From a virus: 64,000 bases of DNA. A program made the translations under genes and the position numbers. Positions within the stretch are counted from its first letter, which is position 1. Each line of letters starts with the position of its first letter. This document shows, piece after piece, positions 46,203 to 56,034 of this stretch. The notes beneath the pieces are model-generated. The model did no database searches and was not told the DNA's origin. It saw nothing but the letters and a program-made list of their open reading frames with translations. Location of the stretch: positions 20,624 to 84,623 of the IMG/VR virus record IMGVR_UViG_3300031707_000005. One strand, given 5' to 3'.

Positions 46203-47399
46203 ATGCAAGAGGGAAAACTGAACGTGTTGTTGGACGCATTCTGGGGGTCATCCGGTAAAGGAAAGACGTCCGCATGGCTTGCCGATAAATTCGGGGTAAC
46301 ACGAGTCTCAAGTTCAAATTTCCCGAATGCAGGTCATACAGCCGCATTTGAAGATGGCACGAAGTTCATAGCAAAAGCTATTCCGACGGCTGCAATCTTA
46401 AAGAAAGTTAAAGGAGTCGGGATGCAGTGCTGGTTATCTCCTGGTTCCGGATATGACTGGAATCAACTAATTAAAGAATGGGTTGAATCTGAAAAGCCGG
46501 AGATCAATATCCACTCACGTGCGTCAATCGTAACAGCAGAACACAAACAACGTGAAGCCAGTGGTTCAGAATCTACGAAGCATATTGCAAGTACGATGCA
46601 GGGTTCAGCCACAGCGATTGTTGACAAAGTCTTACGAAAAGCAGACTGTCAACTTGCAGAAACGATCGACCCGCGCATTATGATTGAGTCTCTATATGAG
46701 TCAAATCCAGTAACGCGTGATATTTTAGATCGTAGCGGAGCTTTACAAGAAATTGATCGAATTCGTGTTGTTGATGCGTTAGTTTTTCGTAAACTAACTC
46801 ATAGAGCACTTCGAAGCGGCCATACTTGGTTACATGAAGGCTCTCAAGGATACGCGCTTTCCATTGATCACGGATCTCATTATCCATTTTGTACGAGTCG
46901 AAACTGTTCAGTTCAAGCTGCCATGGATCATATGGCGGTTCCCCCGTCGATGGTAGGTGATGTTTATTTAAATCTACGAACTTTTCCAATTCGAGTAGGA
47001 AATGTCATTGAAGACGGAGTCCAAAAAGGTTTTTCCGGTGACTTTTATCCTGACTGTCGTGAAATGACATGGGAAGAAGTCGCGGCTGAGTCTGGTATGC
47101 CTCCTGAAGAAGCTAGAATGCTTGCTGAACGTGAAAGAACCACAGTTACGAAGAGAATTCGACGTGTCTGTAATTTTTCGTTTGAAGGACTTAAGGACGC
47201 TGTAGCAGTAAATGGCGCGACGAAACTAGTTATGAATTTTATTCAGTATATTAATTGGGAAGATGCCGGATGTGTTGAATTCGACAAACTTTCAAAAAAG
47301 AGTCGCGAGTTTATTTCGAAAGTTGAAGAAACTGTAAACGTTCCGGTCGTTTTAGTTGGAACCGGAGCACTTCATAATGAAATGATTAGTCGCTTGTGA
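46203..47399 (+). CDS. purZ: PurZ-like N6-succino-2-amino-dAMP synthetase (adenylosuccinate synthetase family)
   Basis: WGSSGKG (Ser where PurA has catalytic Asp in GDEGKG), NFPNAGHT, STMQGSA, EGSQG, YPFCTSR, FPIRVG, TTVTKRIRR, and NFIQY in place of PurA TKLD. Confidence 0.75.
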   Translation: MQEGKLNVLLDAFWGSSGKGKTSAWLADKFGVTRVSSSNFPNAGHTAAFEDGTKFIAKAIPTAAILKKVKGVGMQCWLSPGSGYDWNQLIKEWVESEKPEINIHSRASIVTAEHKQREASGSESTKHIASTMQGSATAIVDKVLRKADCQLAETIDPRIMIESLYESNPVTRDILDRSGALQEIDRIRVVDALVFRKLTHRALRSGHTWLHEGSQGYALSIDHGSHYPFCTSRNCSVQAAMDHMAVPPSMVGDVYLNLRTFPIRVGNVIEDGVQKGFSGDFYPDCREMTWEEVAAESGMPPEEARMLAERERTTVTKRIRRVCNFSFEGLKDAVAVNGATKLVMNFIQYINWEDAGCVEFDKLSKKSREFISKVEETVNVPVVLVGTGALHNEMISRL

Positions 47400-47620
47400 T
47401 TTGTTACGGGACCCAATCGGAGACCGTCTGGCTGCCTCAAGGACTTCCTGCAAAAATATTTGGACCATGTAGATATGAAGCGATTAAGCTTATCGAAGTA
47501 AAAAATCGCTTCATCAATAAATTAGTCATACGTCCTGCATGCAAGTCATGTATAGAAAGTATGGATTGTGTTGTCCTTGATGATGATTTATTCATCATAT
47601 GGGAAATAATGAATTCATGA
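47396..47620 (+). CDS. Small Cys-rich protein ending in the (V/I)MxS motif
   Basis: C...C...CKSC; ends IIWEIMNS*. Confidence 0.65.
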   Translation: MICYGTQSETVWLPQGLPAKIFGPCRYEAIKLIEVKNRFINKLVIRPACKSCIESMDCVVLDDDLFIIWEIMNS

Positions 47621-47856
47621 GTTCAAAAGTATTCGGCGTCGGCGACGTTACAATATGTTCAAATCAAGAAGAACTACGATTATATGTAGGTCATCTTGAG
47701 GTGAGTTACATTAAAAAACTGGAAGTGAAATTCGAGAATAATAAAGCATATATAGATGTATCGTTCTTCACCAGTCATGAACCAGAAACAGCTAAATCAA
47801 TAGAAGAAGCTGTTAGAACTGTCAAAACTATTCCATGGATTCGCGTTAATCCGTAG
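47617..47856 (+). CDS. Hypothetical protein
   Basis: ATGA-coupled to the upstream gene (MSSKVFG). Confidence 0.6.
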   Translation: MSSKVFGVGDVTICSNQEELRLYVGHLEVSYIKKLEVKFENNKAYIDVSFFTSHEPETAKSIEEAVRTVKTIPWIRVNP

Positions 47857-48412
47857 TATTATCGCGTTTTTTACGCTTCAGGTGTATACCAATTTGGTCA
47901 GGATTAGCATTCATATATTCATAGCATGATTGAAAATACCCGTGTACCGGTTTGGCGGCGTCACGTAGCATGAGAGCTTCGAAAATTATTTGTTTATTAA
48001 CTTCAGACCACAACCATTGTTCTGTAATTGGAACGTCCGGCGCGCTTTGACTCCAAACATTTCCATAAGGAAACATCATTAAAATGAATTCTTTTTTATC
48101 AAAATGTGGTTGCGGGAATGCTATAAACTCTTCTTTTCGTTTAATTGACAAATAAACACCATCTGGGAGATCTATCCCTTCAGGGGTTTTCGTTACCCAT
48201 CGCTTAATTGACATCCATTTAACTTCAGGAGCTTTAAGACCCATCCCTTTCCGACATGAAAGAGAACAGTTGTAAAGAGCGGAAGGTGATAGGTTGGACT
48301 CCCATGGCTTAAACCCATTCGGTATGTTACTGAATGAGTGGAGGGACTTAATGAATGGTGTCTTCATCACCGAAACCCGTTGCTGTACTTTTCGTAAGAT
48401 TTCTGAATCCAT
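47846..48412 (-). CDS. Hypothetical protein
   Basis: Start moved to MDSEIL (GGAG upstream) to avoid overlap with thyX. Confidence 0.6.
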   Translation of the reverse strand: MDSEILRKVQQRVSVMKTPFIKSLHSFSNIPNGFKPWESNLSPSALYNCSLSCRKGMGLKAPEVKWMSIKRWVTKTPEGIDLPDGVYLSIKRKEEFIAFPQPHFDKKEFILMMFPYGNVWSQSAPDVPITEQWLWSEVNKQIIFEALMLRDAAKPVHGYFQSCYEYMNANPDQIGIHLKRKKRDNTTD

Positions 48413-48427
48413 CAGGAGAACTCCATA

Positions 48428-49777
48428 ATGACGACCGGGCCGGATGTCTTTTGTCTTCGAGGTGTCGATGGTCGACTCCTCCCGCCAGCTGTCCAAGCAA
48501 CTGTACTAGCTAAATATTCACGATCCCCATTATCAGCTCGCGAGATTGTTCAGAAACTGACTGAAGAAGAGGCTGACAAATTTCAGGAGAAATTTGTAAT
48601 TGAGTATAACCACTCAAGTGTAGCTGAGTTAGCAGCTATACCAGTTTGTTTTGAAGGAGTTTCAATCGTCGCGTCAAAATTCCTCGAGTCTTTTCAACGA
48701 ATGGGTTATTCCGAGAAGAGTACTAGATATCAAATTTTCACTAGAAACTCTTTTATCACCCCTCCAGGAGCTCCTTCAACTATGAAGGAATTCGCAGCCC
48801 GGTTTTATGACACATATGAACGTTTATATCCGCGTGTAATTCGTAGATGTGCAGAGCTGATGGGGAAAGACCCAAATGACCCAAAGGTATTAGAAGATAG
48901 AACCGTAAAAGCAAGAGCCTTTGATAATGTCAGATACCTCTTGCCTGCTGGCACAGGAACTAATTTGGCCGCTGTTGGATTTCTTCGTGATTTCCGCTAT
49001 ATGATTCAAGAGGCACGCGGACATTCAAACCCAGAGATTCGTGCTCTTGGTGATGATACTCATAAAGCCGTTTCAGAAATTTGTCCAGTTTTGGTTAAAA
49101 AAGCCGACGCGGACACCTTTGAACCGACGATTAAATCACTTGGAAATCTGCCATCAACCATAAATTTTGAGAAACCGTCATGGTATGTTGGTTTATATAA
49201 ACCACACACTCTCGGTGAACCGGAACTTGTCCAAAAAGCCTTCATTTCTACATTGGCTGATCGGTATGGAATGAGTTGGTCTGCATTCAGCAAACTCATG
49301 GAAGAACGTGGGAAAAGAGCCGTACCTAAAATTTTTCGGACTGTCAGAATATCATTCGATATGATGATGGACTATGGTGCATTTCGAGATTTACAAAGAC
49401 ATCGTCGTTGCGAACAGTATGTAGAACCGCTAACTTCACATTACGGCTATTTAGTTCCAGACGATATAATCGGTACTGACATGGAAGCCGAATACCGAAC
49501 TACGATGGAGCAGGTCCATTTATATGAAGATGATCGCGTGTCACATGACATGGACCTGATGCAGTATGTAATACCTCTTGGGTACTTACATAGATCAGTC
49601 TTCGAAATGGACCTTCAAGAGTTATACTATATGACTGAGCTCAGAACTCAGCCACAAGGACACATTTCATATAGAAGAGTCGCTTATGAAATGGCAAAGG
49701 TCGGCACGAAGTTGTATCCAGAGTTGATGCAGTGGTGTAAGGCGACTGCTCCAGATAACATCGGACTTCACACTTAA
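48428..49777 (+). CDS. thyX: Flavin-dependent thymidylate synthase-like protein with tandem Thy1 domains
   Basis: YNHSSVAELA, YSEKSTRY, RYLLPAGT, FRDLQRHRR, ELRTQPQGHISYR. Confidence 0.85.
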   Translation: MTTGPDVFCLRGVDGRLLPPAVQATVLAKYSRSPLSAREIVQKLTEEEADKFQEKFVIEYNHSSVAELAAIPVCFEGVSIVASKFLESFQRMGYSEKSTRYQIFTRNSFITPPGAPSTMKEFAARFYDTYERLYPRVIRRCAELMGKDPNDPKVLEDRTVKARAFDNVRYLLPAGTGTNLAAVGFLRDFRYMIQEARGHSNPEIRALGDDTHKAVSEICPVLVKKADADTFEPTIKSLGNLPSTINFEKPSWYVGLYKPHTLGEPELVQKAFISTLADRYGMSWSAFSKLMEERGKRAVPKIFRTVRISFDMMMDYGAFRDLQRHRRCEQYVEPLTSHYGYLVPDDIIGTDMEAEYRTTMEQVHLYEDDRVSHDMDLMQYVIPLGYLHRSVFEMDLQELYYMTELRTQPQGHISYRRVAYEMAKVGTKLYPELMQWCKATAPDNIGLHT

Positions 49778-49783
49778 TTCCAG

Positions 49784-50047
49784 ATGAAACAAACAAGATA
49801 CGCAGAATGGATTAAAGAGTGGTGTAAGGAAACTGCTCGTAATGGTCTCCGAAGTCGTATTCAAGACTCGGTAGAAGCTGCAGTTCAAAGTGGAATGTCA
49901 GATGAAATCATACTGAATGAAGCAAAAAAAGCCATTCGAAGGGCAAAAAGAAAACGGGCTAAGTATGAGACTTCGGATACATCATCTCAGCATTCCATGA
50001 AATTGTCTCCCGTTCATGAAGTACCGGCATGGCAAAAATCTTCGTAA
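49784..50047 (+). CDS. Hypothetical protein
   Basis: 87-aa ORF after thyX. Confidence 0.55.
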   Translation: MKQTRYAEWIKEWCKETARNGLRSRIQDSVEAAVQSGMSDEIILNEAKKAIRRAKRKRAKYETSDTSSQHSMKLSPVHEVPAWQKSS

Positions 50048-50303
50048 GTTCCATATCAACTTGTTTTGTTTCTTCGTCATAAACCGGGACATACGCGATA
50101 GTTAGGCATGGACCTCCTTTGTCACGGGCTTTTAGACTTTCTGGCGATAAGATCATAGGGTCGACGGGCTCCCTCCCATACCCACCGACAATCTGGCAGT
50201 ATTCTGCTGGTTTATTCGGCATCCGTAATGGACTGGAACCGAAACGGTGACATGAACTTGAAATTCTACATTTTTTACAGTCCATTTTAAGAACATTTGG
50301 CAT
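49959..50303 (-). CDS. Cys-rich hypothetical protein
   Basis: Start at MPNVLKMDC supported by gTAACGT-N5-ATG. Confidence 0.6.
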   Translation of the reverse strand: MPNVLKMDCKKCRISSSCHRFGSSPLRMPNKPAEYCQIVGGYGREPVDPMILSPESLKARDKGGPCLTIAYVPVYDEETKQVDMELTKIFAMPVLHERETISWNAEMMYPKSHT

Positions 50304-50331
50304 AAAGCACGTTACCATCAGAACATTTTTA

Positions 50332-51258
50332 TTGCTTTTATATTGTATGCTTCTTGATAATAGCGAAGTTGAAACAATCAGAGACCAGGGTCGTGAATTA
50401 CGCGACCGAGGGTTTATGGAGGTCAACCTCGTCTCCGGATATTTTTCTTGGGCAAATGAATATGCGCTCGACAAGTATGGGATAACCCTTGAACAACTGC
50501 AAAGACTGACCATATTTGATCTTGTTCCGGAAGAATTCCATGATGACGTCAGAAACACGGTTTCTGATCAGGTAAACGGGAAATACCACAAGTTTTCAAT
50601 CTGGCCCGGGAAATGTCAAGAGGGGAAGCTTATATGGTGGTATTCAACACGTGTAAAAGTTAATGGTCCTTCATACTGGTTTAAAATAGAATACTTGAAC
50701 ATAACCGATGGTTACGGTCCACAATATTCTTCCATGAGGGCCGCTATGGAAACAACTAACAGTTACAATGATCTATATAATAGATTCACTGAACTTCGAA
50801 GTTGGACTGAAGAAAGTGTCCACCGTCTTGAAAAAGAAACTGCTGAAACTAGAGAAGCGATCAATAGTTTAAGAGACCAAATGCGTTCTTGCCTGGCTGC
50901 AGCAAATAGAGCGGCAAATGCAGCACTTGAAAATGTTCACGTCATAAACAAATTTAAACAAGATATGTCAAATGAGTTATCAAATCATACGACAGAAATT
51001 CTTAGACTCATCACGACTGATGCCGTACATGGTCAGCGGATGGAAGCTTTTAACGGTCATATGAAGACAGTTGAAAACCGTGTAGAAGAAGAGTTCGAAA
51101 AACATATAAAAAACACTACGAGTCAAGCTGTCATGTCAATCAGAGTTCAAGCTGAGAACTCTGGAAAAGGACTTACGAAGAGAGTTACTATTCCAGTTGG
51201 CGTAATCGCCACTATCGCCACTATCGTTCAGTGGATGCTGACTCATCTCATAAAATAG
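50332..51258 (+). CDS. PAS domain + coiled coil + C-terminal TM protein
   Basis: WANEYALDKYGITLEQLQRLTIFDLVPEE...GKLIWW (PAS-like), long heptads, IPVGVIATIATIVQWML at the C-terminus. Confidence 0.7.
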   Translation: MLLYCMLLDNSEVETIRDQGRELRDRGFMEVNLVSGYFSWANEYALDKYGITLEQLQRLTIFDLVPEEFHDDVRNTVSDQVNGKYHKFSIWPGKCQEGKLIWWYSTRVKVNGPSYWFKIEYLNITDGYGPQYSSMRAAMETTNSYNDLYNRFTELRSWTEESVHRLEKETAETREAINSLRDQMRSCLAAANRAANAALENVHVINKFKQDMSNELSNHTTEILRLITTDAVHGQRMEAFNGHMKTVENRVEEEFEKHIKNTTSQAVMSIRVQAENSGKGLTKRVTIPVGVIATIATIVQWMLTHLIK

Positions 51259-51259
51259 C

Positions 51260-51664
51260 TTAGCTACTATGGATTATTTCTACGGATTTAGCGAAATGAT
51301 CCGCCATCACAATCGATGCTTCGGTATTCGGAAGAATTGATCGAACTCCGTTAAAAATTTCAATCAACCAGTTCGAATTAATGTCGAATGGAATATCGTA
51401 AAGAATTTTTCCGTCATTATAATCAATCATGGTAATACGATTCTCGAGAGCAAGTTCGTAGCAAATTCTCGAGAGTCGGTGGATCTTTTTAAAATCTCCG
51501 GGAGTAGCATTTTCCTGTCGGGCGTTCCTCCGAATTTCCTCGGACAGAGTATCAATGAGTTGTCTGGACCTCCACTCTTCCAGTTCAATCTCCAAAAAAC
51601 CATCTTGGAGTCTCCATTTTACCTCACCGTGCCCAGTATTCCAAATAGAGTATTTACCCATCAT
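51260..51664 (-). CDS. Hypothetical protein with a variant C-terminal motif
   Basis: Ends SVEIIHSS*. Confidence 0.65.
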   Translation of the reverse strand: MMGKYSIWNTGHGEVKWRLQDGFLEIELEEWRSRQLIDTLSEEIRRNARQENATPGDFKKIHRLSRICYELALENRITMIDYNDGKILYDIPFDINSNWLIEIFNGVRSILPNTEASIVMADHFAKSVEIIHSS

Positions 51665-51702
51665 AGTATACTTACAGTTAACCCACGTGAATTTACGAAT
51701 AA

Positions 51703-52542
51703 CTACATATCATGTTCAAAGTCATCGGGCTTCTTGAAAGGCTTCGTGGGTCTTTCGGTCAGGTCAGGAGAGCGTTTCTTGGCCTTCTGAGCAGCCTTGG
51801 CCTTCTGAACGCTTTCAGACTTGCAAAAGTCTTGGAAAGCTGCTATCGGGTCCTCAGTAACCCCTTCTTTCAGGATATCCGTCCCATTTATACCGAATTG
51901 ATAATTCCACAAAAGATGATCAACTGAAACAGTAGCTTCAAAAATTTCTCCAATATCAACTGTCATGACAGTTGAATAGTCATCCCCATCAACCTTAACC
52001 TTCCAACCTTTTTCGGCCATATCTGCTCTCAGATTGGCGATATCTTTTATTTCATCATCATCTAAACCGAAAACTGTAGAGAAAATTTTTCGTACCGATG
52101 TTACATCAATATCACCAGCCATAATCGCCATGGCTCGACGTAAAGTTTTAAATAAACGCTTTGGCCCTATTGAACCGTTATCAATACTACTCGACAAATG
52201 AAGAAGAGTGCTGCATAGGTCATCAGGACTCATAGACATTCTATTTTTAAAATATTCGTCGCCTAAAGTTCCGGTACTGATAAAGTCAATGATAAACTCG
52301 ACCGGATTATCGGTTATACTTTCATCTGAATCAGATGAGTTATCCTTATCTTTAATCTTAACATAATATAAAGTTGAATCTGGTTCTACTTTCACATTAT
52401 ATGTACCGGACCACGCGGTAAGAATACCGTCATCAACAACTGATCGCCAGTTGTCTTTATCATCACGATTACTACCATGACTGCCCTTAAAGAAATAGGA
52501 AAGTTCTTTAAGAGTAACTGAACTTACATGAGTTCGCATCAT
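51703..52542 (-). CDS. Putative virion/head protein with internal duplication
   Basis: ESITDNPVEFI / EGVTEDPIAAF repeat; MSPDDLCSTLLHLSSSID resembles the N-terminus of 3160-3603. Confidence 0.55.
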   Translation of the reverse strand: MMRTHVSSVTLKELSYFFKGSHGSNRDDKDNWRSVVDDGILTAWSGTYNVKVEPDSTLYYVKIKDKDNSSDSDESITDNPVEFIIDFISTGTLGDEYFKNRMSMSPDDLCSTLLHLSSSIDNGSIGPKRLFKTLRRAMAIMAGDIDVTSVRKIFSTVFGLDDDEIKDIANLRADMAEKGWKVKVDGDDYSTVMTVDIGEIFEATVSVDHLLWNYQFGINGTDILKEGVTEDPIAAFQDFCKSESVQKAKAAQKAKKRSPDLTERPTKPFKKPDDFEHDM

Positions 52543-52568
52543 ATATATTATTTGGTATAGAAAACTTA

Positions 52569-53507
52569 CTAAGAATTGACAGCTTCTATAATTTTCTCAG
52601 AAAGTTGATCCGGTCCAGGAGCTTCGTCTACAGAAAGATGGAATCCGGCAGCTCGTTCGTGACCTCCCCCACCGTAATACTTAGCGATGACGTTAGCTGC
52701 AATCTTTTCGTTCGTTCTTATGGAAACGCTGATCTTCATCGCTCCGTCTTCGAACAAGTGAAAATAACCGATTGCTACATCAGCACCTTCATTTAGAAGT
52801 GTGTGCGCAACATCCGATATAATTTTTTCCGTGCAGTTAAAATAGGCGGTTTTCAGTTCCCCGATTTTGGTTTGAATTGGTTTCAAGTATGCGCCACGTG
52901 CAACAAGCTTCGTTTTACGTTCTGCTTGCTCGAGAAGAGATAAACCAAGACCACTTAATTCATTGAACTGAAAATCACCAGAACCGACTATTTCAATCAA
53001 TTTCTTCGAACCATGAAACTGAAGAGCCATTGCCTGCGCGCATGCTTCTCTCCATCTCGGATGGTCCTGTTTCCACGTATCTCGAATCATGGCGAGTTCA
53101 GCCAAATCTCTCCATCGGGCCAAATCTTGAATTTCGCCGTTTCCAGATCCTGCAATAGCAGAAAGAACATGATCATATGCTAGCATGGCTCCAGAATGCG
53201 TCTCATTTAGTCCATATATACCACCAAGACCTTCAGTCACCTGTTTGGCGGTTTCGTGGTGGTCTAGAATTATCGGAGAATACGCTTTCCATTCCTCCCA
53301 TCGAGGAATTGGTGGTGTGATATCAACGAAAAGTTGACCACTACGAGGCTCAAGCCTCGACATAAAATCAGTTCCATACTGAATCGAATAAAATTCAACG
53401 TCCGGACCAAGAGCGGCGCGACAAATCATCGCCGCAGCAGTCCCATCGGGACATGACTCATGGAACAGAACTTCCTTCACCATTTTTAATTGATCGATGG
53501 TTATCAT
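52569..53507 (-). CDS. DHH/DHHA1 phosphoesterase
   Basis: HESCPDG, FVDI, ILDHH, SIRT, YGGGGHERAAGF. Confidence 0.88.
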   Translation of the reverse strand: MITIDQLKMVKEVLFHESCPDGTAAAMICRAALGPDVEFYSIQYGTDFMSRLEPRSGQLFVDITPPIPRWEEWKAYSPIILDHHETAKQVTEGLGGIYGLNETHSGAMLAYDHVLSAIAGSGNGEIQDLARWRDLAELAMIRDTWKQDHPRWREACAQAMALQFHGSKKLIEIVGSGDFQFNELSGLGLSLLEQAERKTKLVARGAYLKPIQTKIGELKTAYFNCTEKIISDVAHTLLNEGADVAIGYFHLFEDGAMKISVSIRTNEKIAANVIAKYYGGGGHERAAGFHLSVDEAPGPDQLSEKIIEAVNS

Positions 53508-54493
53508 GGTATGTATGTTTCCTGTAGTTCTGGAAGAACAAATGATGGGTCCCAGTTTTTACCGACCCAGGATGGACTAGAGCATGTCTTTACAATAATG
53601 TCTATATTATTGTAAAGATCGTCGAGAGTCGAGTCATTGTTAATGATGAAATCGTATGCAGCGTCACGAATGCGAGTTTGTTCAGTTTCTGACCGATGAT
53701 TGAATGGAGGTTTCGTGACTGTCGGACGCTTAATTCTGATGAGCACCGGAACGAGAGTTTCATCTGCCGCGTTCTTAGCAAGACGGTGTTCATGAATATG
53801 GCGAAAATCAGAAAAACAAGTTATAGATAATAATTTTTCGGAGCCGAAATCCGAATTATAATATGGTGGACCCTTTAGTGTGATTCCATTTGATTTAGAA
53901 TAAACGCACCTACCAGCTGCGAGCATGCGATGGTCTTCGATGCCTTTCCGTATCCATGTATCCGCATAAAGAGTATTCATGAGCTCCATATACTTTTGGA
54001 GCGATTCTCGTGGAGAGAGCCACAGAACTGAATCACCTTCTCGAGCAAAGAAACGAAATAAATCTGCCGCATCTTTATTATTTATCTGATATGGTTTGTT
54101 TGTAAATAATGCTCCAATATGTGAATTTCGTTTTAACCATGACGAACACCATACAGGTCCGCTACCTGATATGAATGGCTTCCCATCCATATCTACGTAT
54201 GGTCTACCATGGTCGTCTTCAGCAGGAAAAATGTCATCTGGAACATCTCCTTCCCATGGTCGCAGTCGAACTTCATCGATGACCGGTTTCGGGTATCTTC
54301 GATCACCGGCATTCCGAAATGCCGATGGACCCCACAGTTGTTCATCAGAAAATCCGTAAGCGTCTTTCATATGACGCTTTCCCGGATCAGCTAAACCGGT
54401 GTGGACAGCACCATGAATTTTAACAAGCCTACCGGCACATTCGTCTTTGCCGGTTCCGGCCCATCCGGAAACACACACCATTAGATGTCGCAT
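53504..54493 (-). CDS. Deoxynucleoside monophosphate kinase-like P-loop protein with insertion
   Basis: SGWAGTGKD, LADPGK, SPRESLQ, SDFRH.HE, HRSE, IINNDSTLDDL. Confidence 0.78.
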   Translation of the reverse strand: MRHLMVCVSGWAGTGKDECAGRLVKIHGAVHTGLADPGKRHMKDAYGFSDEQLWGPSAFRNAGDRRYPKPVIDEVRLRPWEGDVPDDIFPAEDDHGRPYVDMDGKPFISGSGPVWCSSWLKRNSHIGALFTNKPYQINNKDAADLFRFFAREGDSVLWLSPRESLQKYMELMNTLYADTWIRKGIEDHRMLAAGRCVYSKSNGITLKGPPYYNSDFGSEKLLSITCFSDFRHIHEHRLAKNAADETLVPVLIRIKRPTVTKPPFNHRSETEQTRIRDAAYDFIINNDSTLDDLYNNIDIIVKTCSSPSWVGKNWDPSFVLPELQETYIP

Positions 54494-54513
54494 ATCAGAT
54501 ATTACACTGAGAA

Positions 54514-55203
54514 TTAGCGTCCGTCGACGCTTTTAATTTGAATAGTTCCGAAAGTAGATGCAGAGTACCAAAGTGCAAGGTCTACAATTCCGAGAGGAAC
54601 GTCATCTTCTTCTCTCATTGAACGGCACATCTCTTCACAATCTTTGAAACCCCAGTGTTCAGCCATACGTACAAGATGCAAGTCTGGTTTCACACAATTG
54701 AGAAGTCCAATATTTCTACCAAGATGGTACCTGGTTATCTTCCCTATGTACGGCAGTTTTCCAATTTCTTCCACGCTTGAAAGATTCTGGTTTTTCCAGT
54801 CACTCCATCCCATTTTATTATTTACGTCGTTTACTAATTTTTTCGCAGTTGAATGAATGGCTTTCGCTTTTTGAGGATTGTTGCAAACAAGTTTAACCCT
54901 CTTCATTACGTCATCAAATTTTTCAAGTCCACATTCGTCCCATGGGCTATATGCTTCAAGAAGTTTTGGCATAAAACTACCAACGGCTTTTGCTGAAAAG
55001 CCCGTCGCATGCACGACCCATATATACTCAACAAAGAAAAAATCAGGAGTTACATCTTCTAACTTAACAGAAGAAATTCGGTCTACTTCATCACCATAGA
55101 ATTTCTTCGCAAAGGCCATCGCCTTTTCGTAATAAGCTCGAGGTCCGGCTGAAATATCGGGTCGAAAATCTTCAGTTCCAGAAAGGATTCGATGTGGTTC
55201 CAT
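54514..55203 (-). CDS. HhH-GPD-like DNA glycosylase
   Basis: LPYIGKITRYHLGRNIGL..VKPDLHLVR, VDLALW. Confidence 0.65.
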   Translation of the reverse strand: MEPHRILSGTEDFRPDISAGPRAYYEKAMAFAKKFYGDEVDRISSVKLEDVTPDFFFVEYIWVVHATGFSAKAVGSFMPKLLEAYSPWDECGLEKFDDVMKRVKLVCNNPQKAKAIHSTAKKLVNDVNNKMGWSDWKNQNLSSVEEIGKLPYIGKITRYHLGRNIGLLNCVKPDLHLVRMAEHWGFKDCEEMCRSMREEDDVPLGIVDLALWYSASTFGTIQIKSVDGR

Positions 55204-55504
55204 CTTCGTATTCTAGGCAGAGAGTTACATTTTCATTCCAACTAAGAAAGACATCTCGTTTCCACTGCCCTGGAACAACATTACACTCGTCATCAACAAA
55301 TCCATTCCAACATTGTGAACAAAACATAGTACAACACCCATGTGCCGTAAATCTACGTACATTCTCATGGATGATTCCACACTGATGGCACGACCCTCTT
55401 TCTGGGTTCCATAAAACGTGTACCTCTTCCATACTTCTATCGTCAGAATAGAGAGCGATTGCCTCGACTTCTGGCCTTGCTATACACTTTCTAGAACGTC
55501 CCAT
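55172..55504 (-). CDS. Zn-finger hypothetical protein
   Basis: CHQC...CSQC. Confidence 0.55.
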   Translation of the reverse strand: MGRSRKCIARPEVEAIALYSDDRSMEEVHVLWNPERGSCHQCGIIHENVRRFTAHGCCTMFCSQCWNGFVDDECNVVPGQWKRDVFLSWNENVTLCLEYEDGTTSNPFWN

Positions 55505-55521
55505 CAGATGTAATCTCTCAC

Positions 55522-56034
55522 ATGTCCTTGAAAACGTTTAGTGTTCTGTACCATGAAGGCAGAGTCTGTTATCTAACTAATTCAGAATCTGAGTGGAAAG
55601 CAACCGTAGAATGCTACGGAGTCAAAAAAGCGTTTCGCTTTTCGTACAACGGAAAACATCCGATCCAAATTGGAGAATGGGTAAGATTTCGAGGTTCCAC
55701 CAAAATTGACTCTGAAAGTAAAAAGGGTGATGAATACTACCATAATCCTCATGATGACAGTCCGAGGAAAGTATGGGAATTTTTCGAAATGATTGATGGT
55801 ACAGAGGTACAAATCATTCCTACTCCAGAAATATTTCAGTGTCTCAAAAAGACCATGACTTATATCCGTCGTCATGTTGAATCATGGACAGCGAACTCCG
55901 GGTCAATAGAGCTTAAAGAGACAATATCCTCGTTAGAAGCAGCAATCGAAACGCTTCGACCAATATTACAATATCAAGAGAAAATAGAAGCTGATAGAAG
56001 TATTCGAATTGAAACGATAGACATCACGGTTTAG
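55522..56034 (+). CDS. Hypothetical protein
   Basis: gTAATCT-N5-ATG start. Confidence 0.7.
   Translation: MSLKTFSVLYHEGRVCYLTNSESEWKATVECYGVKKAFRFSYNGKHPIQIGEWVRFRGSTKIDSESKKGDEYYHNPHDDSPRKVWEFFEMIDGTEVQIIPTPEIFQCLKKTMTYIRRHVESWTANSGSIELKETISSLEAAIETLRPILQYQEKIEADRSIRIETIDITV

Noticed and set aside
46203-47399. Ordinary purA auxiliary metabolic gene
   Set aside because: It lacks the catalytic Asp of GDEGKG and the TKLD motif, so a PurZ-like call fits better, though this is untested.
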